From Octopus vulgaris (Eukaryota), in assembly GCA_951406725.2 (NCBI GenBank), contig OX597830.1, positions 76,384,001-76,448,000 of the forward strand: a DNA stretch of 64,000 bases, given 5' to 3'. Shown here piece after piece: positions 53,644 through 64,000 of this stretch. Below the pieces are notes generated by a model. It ran no database searches, was not told the DNA's origin, and worked only from the letters and a program-made list of their open reading frames with translations. How positions within the stretch are numbered: position 1 is the stretch's first letter; every line of letters begins with the position of its first letter. Position numbers and translations under genes: made by a program.

Positions 53644-53892
53644 CATACATACATACATACATACATACATACATACATCTATGTAGCGTTCGTACATATA
53701 TTCATATATATACATGTATTCATATATGCATAAACGTATATATATATATTCATTCATATATACACCTATATACACACATAGACATGCAGTTGTGGTGGTG
53801 ATGATGACGACGACGTTGATGTCGTTGATAGTTGTAGTAGTGACAATGATTGTGTTGATGGTGGGAATGGTGATGGTGTTGTTGATGGTGTC

Positions 53893-54484
53893 GTCTTCTT
53901 CTTCTTCTTCTTCTTCTTCTTCTTTTTCTTCTTCTTCTTCTTCTTGTTCTTCTTCTTGTTCTTCTTCTTCTTCTTCTTCTTCTTCTTCTTCTTCTTCTTC
54001 TTCTTCTTCTTCTTCTTCTTCCAGTCAGGACTCACGCCATTAGCCACAGAGAATAATCTCTAATTCGAGCCTACTCTAGGCTACAAAGAATGCGTGTAGC
54101 AACTTGAAGATCTGCACGCGATAGACTGGCGGTTGCACAGGCGCGAAGGCTACGTTCTTATCCTCATTCCATAAACGGTGGCTTTTTACCGGTGGAGAGC
54201 TGAACCATCCTGTGGTACAGAGGATTCGCACTCTAGACTAGGGTCTGAAAGTTTACCACACCATAGTGGGTTACACCATGGTTCCTCTGCTCAGGTTCTT
54301 CAGAAGTACGAAGAAAGAGTGAAAGAAATTTGTGGTGGCAGAGTACAGCGGGGTTCACCCTTCCCCCGCCGGAGCCTCGTGCGGCTTAGGTGTTTTAGCT
54401 GAATAAACACTAACTCTGGGAATCGAAATCGTGTTCTTACGACCACAAGTCCGCTGCCCTAACCACTGGGCCATTGCGCCCCAC
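53893..54484 (-). mobile_element. SINE family C head with another 3' segment and (GAA)n tail
   Basis: 54310-54484 aligns with 14735-14916; 54021-54300 unrelated to the other C tails; possible TSD TGTTGATGGTGT / TGTTGATGATAT. Confidence 0.6.
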
Positions 54485-54872
54485 TGTTGATGATATTGAT
54501 GGTGGTGATGATGATATTCATAATGACGTGGTTGGTGTTTGCAGTGTTGATAAAATGGAAGAATAGAGTAAAGTTTTGAGGAACTTTTGTTGCTATTTCT
54601 TGCAGACCAGCAGACCACATGGAGAATTGCTGTTATACCCCCAGATAAGCTATGTCAGTCAAATTCGTTCCAGTCCAGACCATCCAATTATATATCAATT
54701 TCCCCATCCTAGGTTTACAGTCTCAAAATATATACTTACCTTCACAAAGGCTGTAGGGTGTACTTGAGAGAGATTTGGCTGCTATATCTAGGAGGTCAAG
54801 CAAACCCACGGCGTCTTCCTCGAAAGTGGAAATGATATTTAAGAAAGTTGATGAGAGCAGTAATGTCGAGCG

Positions 54873-58355
<3,483 letters not shown>

Positions 58356-58599
58356 AGGGATGTATTTTTTATTAACATTCTTCAGTAAGCATAAGAGTAT
58401 GGCAAGAGATAACATGACATATGTTGTGAGGTTCATACATTTTCGAAATAGTATCAATAAAAATATAATTGAAAACAAGTCTGTTAACAGTGGTGTAGTT
58501 TCGTAAGTATTTACGTATGAGTATGCACACACGCAGACCTCCGCGCACGCACACATCCACACACATTCCCCCTCTCACTTTCCTTGACTTTGACATACT

Positions 58600-58889
58600 A
58601 CCTACTGTCTTTGAAAACTCTCCTGTCTTTAAAAAACATTATTCTTCCACCTTTCTACTTCCGGTCTTTCAATATGTGACCTCGTGAGTACCGTTGGCGA
58701 TTTTTTTTCCTCTGTCTTCCCTTCTCGGGATCTTTCCTTCTCCTATGTTTCCGACGAAGATCTCCGCTCGAAACGTTAAATCCTCCTTCTTCCCTTCTTT
58801 CCTGAGCGTCCAATAATACTTTATTTGTTCCACGTCCTTGCGTTGTTGTGTATTTTTGTTTTTTTTTGTGTTTTCTTGTTTGGATTAAC

Positions 58890-58890
<1 letters not shown>
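58600..58890 (+). mobile_element. Short Penelope-like repeat with degenerate hammerhead motif (58748-58780)
   Basis: UUU-CCGACGA-A-GAUC/UCC/GCUC-GAAA-CG-UU-AAA then CCTGAGCGTCCAATAATAC; ends at a (TA)n tract; same family as 39140-39420. Confidence 0.5.
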
Positions 58891-58932
<42 letters not shown>

Positions 58933-59692
58933 AAAAGAAGAAAAATACACGCGGGGTCGATATATTAAATACCAGTTACAAACTGGACTCGATCAAATCG
59001 ACTGGGTCCCTCCCCCCAAAATTTCGGGTCTTGTGCCTAATGAAGAAAATAATAATGATAATTCTTTCAAATTTTGGCACCAGATCATCAGTTTTGAGGG
59101 GAAGGGATAACTCGACTACATCGACACCAGTACGTGACTGATACATATTCTATCGACTCCACAGGTACGAAAGACAGAGTGTGACAGAATATTGAACATA
59201 GAAGAATATGAATTGGAAGGTGTATGTAGGAGAGAGAAAGTGAAAGTGAAAGAGAGAGAGAGAGAGAGAAAGTGAGGTTGTGAGAGGAAGTGAGAGGAGC
59301 TCAACGAAGGAAAGACAGAATTACGGAAGCAGCAAGGAATGTTAATGAATGTGGGCTAGGTGTACGGGATAAAAAGGTAAAATAATAAACGGCGAAGGAA
59401 TAGCAATAAAGGAAAGACACAATAGAAAAATGAAAAAAACAAAAAGGAATTATACGACCATTTCGATGACGATGGCGTTGAGGATGATGGTGATGTTGAT
59501 GATGATGATGATAATGATGATGATAGTCGTGGTGGTGGTCGTGATGATAATGAAGATGATGGTCTTGATGTAAAGTTGTTAGCTGATATAACCGAATAAT
59601 ACTTAGTGAGGAAGAGGAAGAAGGGAAAACAGTAAAGTTGTAATCACACACACACACACACACACACACACGTATATATATATATATATACT

Positions 59693-59736
<44 letters not shown>

Positions 59737-59890
59737 TATGTATGTATGTAATTATGTTTGTATGTATGTAGTATATACTGATGTGTGTATGTATATATAT
59801 ATATACATATATATATAAAGAGAGAGATGGATAGATATCATTATCTACATGCATACACACACACACCTATATATATATATATACATACAT

Positions 59891-59935
<45 letters not shown>

Positions 59936-60227
59936 AGATGGATAGATATATACATAGATATAGATAGATAAATTTATATGAAGTATTGTGAAAGTAAATA
60001 TATAAGAAAAAGAATTATGAAGTCAGAGAGAAAAAAGAGAGATAAAGCGAAAGAAACAAATAATACAAATAATGATAAGAGAAGACTTTGATCGATGTGT
60101 TATACAAAATGGCGGACTTTATTACGATATCAATCAACACTATTTAAGAGACATTATTGTAATAACACCATACCTCTTCTATATATTTGAGTATTCATTT
60201 TTATTCACACACATACATGTGCGCGCA

Positions 60228-60280
<53 letters not shown>

Positions 60281-60902
60281 TCGCAAACATTCACAGTCCC
60301 GACTAAATATAAAAATTATATATATGCATGATTATATAAGTATGTATGTATGTATGTATGTATGTGTAATTGTAATAAAAATGTTAACTGTCCACGTAAC
60401 CATAACTGCATATATATATATTTATATATATTATATTATATATATTATATATAGACATAAATTGCATAAATTTATATGCATATTGTTGTATATATATTTA
60501 CTTATGTATGCACGTATATTGAATTGTGTATATGTATGTGTATATATGTATATATATATATATACATATATATATGTATGTATTTATGTATGTATATGTA
60601 TATATATCTGTGTCTCTGCGTGTATATGTATGTATACCAATTGAAACATAATAGCATATCATATATTATACAATTCTATACATATACACGCACACACACT
60701 AATATACATATGCATACATGCATTCATGCATACATACATACATACATACATATATACCTACACTTGTGTTATTGTATATTTACCCCTTGTTTACGTCTTA
60801 TCAAAATATATTTCTTTCGTTTCTGTAACTTTTCCATTTTATTCTTTCTACTTCACAGTCGTAATCACGTTGGTCTGCTTGGATTTTATAATAATAATAA
60901 TA

Positions 60903-60958
<56 letters not shown>

Positions 60959-60997
60959 TAACAATAACAATAATAATAATAACAATAACAACAACTA

Positions 60998-61035
<38 letters not shown>

Positions 61036-61687
61036 TGTGTTCAAATTTTGGGCACTTGATAGAAACAATTGCCGTTGTTGTTATTATTATTAGTATTAAG
61101 CTTATTGTGGTTATTGTTGTAGTTGCTTTCCTTTCTATGAATGTCATATCCGACACTTTCATACAACGCACGCGCAAAACGACAACAAAACGAAATGTTC
61201 ATATTTGTTAAAATCCTGCGCTTGACTTAGTCATTATATTTCCCTTCTTTCTCTCCTGCACCGCACCGCATCTAATCTTTATCTTACTCTGGTTTCCTCT
61301 TTCTTATCAGTTTCACTTTCGCTTTCGTTTTAATGTACACATGGACGAATCTTTTGAGTGTGTATATGATAGTAATGCATGTGACTCTCTTTGGGTGTGT
61401 ATGTTTGTGTTTATGTGTGTGTGTGTGTGTGTGTGCATGCATGTTTGTTTCTGTGTGTGTGTGTGTGTGCATGCGCACGCGTGTGTGTGAGAGTCTTTGC
61501 ACATCAATGTATTTCCTCTCTGCATTAGCCATTTTCTCATTTTTTTGTTTTCTTAACGCGCTTTTAAACACGAAGATAAATGCGGTGCACACATCCCCAA
61601 ACTTACATGCACATAGATATACTTACAAGTATGCATGCATTCATACTTCTAGATGTAAAAGCACATGTTTGAAACCACCAAGCATAC

Positions 61688-61732
<45 letters not shown>

Positions 61733-61737
61733 AGCAT

Positions 61738-61778
<41 letters not shown>

Positions 61779-62162
61779 CATATATACATTTATACATAGA
61801 GAAACACTTATAATGAAGCATTTATAGAAGTGCCTATAGGTGTGTGTCTGTGTGTGTGTATACAAAAGTCATAAGAATAATCCGTAATATGTAAATAGAT
61901 GTATTATACAACTATGCATACATACATACAACCATTTTGATGCGTACAAATATATATATATATATGCTTCCAATGGATTATTCTGCTATATAATGAAGGC
62001 TTTATTATGGGCTAATATGCAGCAAAATTTCTGAAAATAATGTTAGAATTATATATAGAAATTAACGTTAGAATTATATACACAGAAACATGGAAATGAT
62101 ACGAACATACATAATGCATACATAGAAATTTAACAAGAACAATCGCACTAGTCTCTTTATAC

Positions 62163-62205
<43 letters not shown>

Positions 62206-62390
62206 ACACCATGCATGTATATACCGTGGTGAAGGCACAATTAGTGGTGGTTTGGGTGCTCCAATCACGTTCGTTAGGTCGTGATTTCCATTCCTGGACA
62301 AGACAGTGCGTTGTGTTCTGGAATAACAGATCATTTCATTCCACTTTGCTTCAGACCGTTCAGATAGCAATATACAGAATGGGTAGGAGG

Positions 62391-62465
<75 letters not shown>

Positions 62466-64000
62466 CAGGGAAAATTCATACAGGTAGATAGAGTTGGCAA
62501 GACTTAAATCGAAAGTATGACATCTTCGTGTTTTTTCAGAGCACAAAAAAAATGTTCAATTCACTTTTCGATTATTCAGTTAACGCATGATAGGTCGCAG
62601 AAATGCTACGAAAATTGTAGTGCCCGCGTCTTGTTCGCAGAGGCGCCTTCGAATATATTATCTGCTCGTAATGTAAGTGAAGAATTTATGTATCCTTCAA
62701 TGGCAAAAATGATTTTTCCACCACTTATTGTTTCTGTTTCAATACAAGTCACGTTAATTACCAAAGATATGCATCTTCAAAATAAATTTCATTACCATAC
62801 TGGAAAATTCGTCGTTATACTAGGAAAATAACGTTTGAAACAAAACCCTATTTTAATATACCCTCAGGTCTGACAGTAATCCCTAAATTTAGCGTTTCGA
62901 GGCCTCAACTCATAATTGAATCTTTGGAGCTACATCGAGATATACGGCATATAGCCGGCACATATTCTTTTGGCGCGGCGGACTACATCTCTGTCCAGGT
63001 CTGACCGTAGCAGATTTCTTTCTGGGACTGAGAGAGCGAGAGAGACAGAGAGAGAGAGAGGGAATAGAGAGAATGGTGGAAGGGAGAGATAAGGAGCAAT
63101 CAAGCCAGAACAAGATTGGTACTTTATTTCTCGACCATGAACTGATAAAAGACAGAAGTAACATGGCGGTAAATTTAAAATCAAAGCAATGCGGTTCGAA
63201 AAAGACAATCTATCTATCTACCTACCAGTCAGTCTGTCTTTCTCTCATAGTTTATTCGACGTACCACATTTTCAAAATTTTAGTCTCTGAAGTTCTTTTG
63301 TCTCCTCCTATCTTCTCTCTCACTTCATCACCTCCTCTCTACCTATGTATCTATCCCTAAGAATTTCATTATTTCTCTCTGTCTCTCTGTCCTTCTTTCT
63401 CTCTATCCCTACCACTTTAACACTCTGCACATTTTCACCCACCACACCACCAATACCACCACCACCACCACTATCATATCTTCTCCATCTCACTTCACCA
63501 CCATTCTATTATCTATTAACAGGACATTGTTTCTTCTTCCCTTGCCCTTGTCAGTCCAAACATTTCCCTATCAATGTCGTAACTAAGAGATAACCGACCA
63601 AGCATGCTCTGCCATTCAAACGTTTCCATTACATACATGATAAGACTATGACATGTCATATATAGCTCACCGCAAAAACTTGTTCCAGTCACTGACATTA
63701 CTTCCGGTGAGTCCTGCGTCATCTCTGATGTCGTATGAATGAGAAAAAGATGACAGTGACAGCAATTGCGACCGTGCTGCCTCTGTATGGATCTTTTGTT
63801 GCTTTGCTGACACCTTGGTCTCCCTATCTTTCTGGTCTCCACTGTCCGTACGCATGTGCGATTGTATTCTCGTATTTGTATTTAATGAGGACGAACGAGT
63901 GTTTGTCAAGTTGTGTTGTGCATATTCGGTTGCGTACGTGTGTGTGTATGTACTTGTGTGTGTGTGTGTGTGTGTACTTGCGTGTGTGTTTGTATGTGTG

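Noticed and set aside
62540-62672. Putative coding exon (ttttcag...GTAAGT) with open frame AQKKCSIHF...SARN
   Set aside because: No recognisable protein similarity or partner exon; splice-like motifs are common by chance.

Overview
AT-rich, microsatellite-saturated eukaryotic DNA. The SINE families and repeat landscape look like an Octopus (coleoid cephalopod) genome; this is inferred from pattern recognition, not from a search. I find no credible host protein-coding exon, rRNA, tRNA gene or CRISPR array. Almost every listed ORF is an artefact of di/tri/tetranucleotide repeats or SINEs. The window is intergenic or deep intronic and contains dozens of copies of at least three tRNA-derived SINE families (my labels A, B, C) and an unclassified family D. 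It also holds decayed fragments of CR1, L1/Tx1, R4/Dong-type and Penelope-like retroelements and small DNA-transposon derivatives (mariner, pogo/Tigger-like, possible Helitron). Two signals go beyond routine annotation. (1) Six minimal type-I hammerhead-ribozyme motifs (CUGANGA...GAAA, palindromic stem III) from several short Penelope-like or foldback elements sit in or beside microsatellites. (2) Three independent minus-strand SINE heads plus their upstream unique flank have been copied 1-22 kb to the right; target-site duplications (TSDs) identify the donor in two of the three cases. Also noted: TSD-bounded SINE multimers, tail-swapping in SINE family C, a tail-to-tail SINE pair that would form a long dsRNA, and two miRNA-sized hairpins. 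Coordinates were read by eye; ends of decayed elements are approximate.
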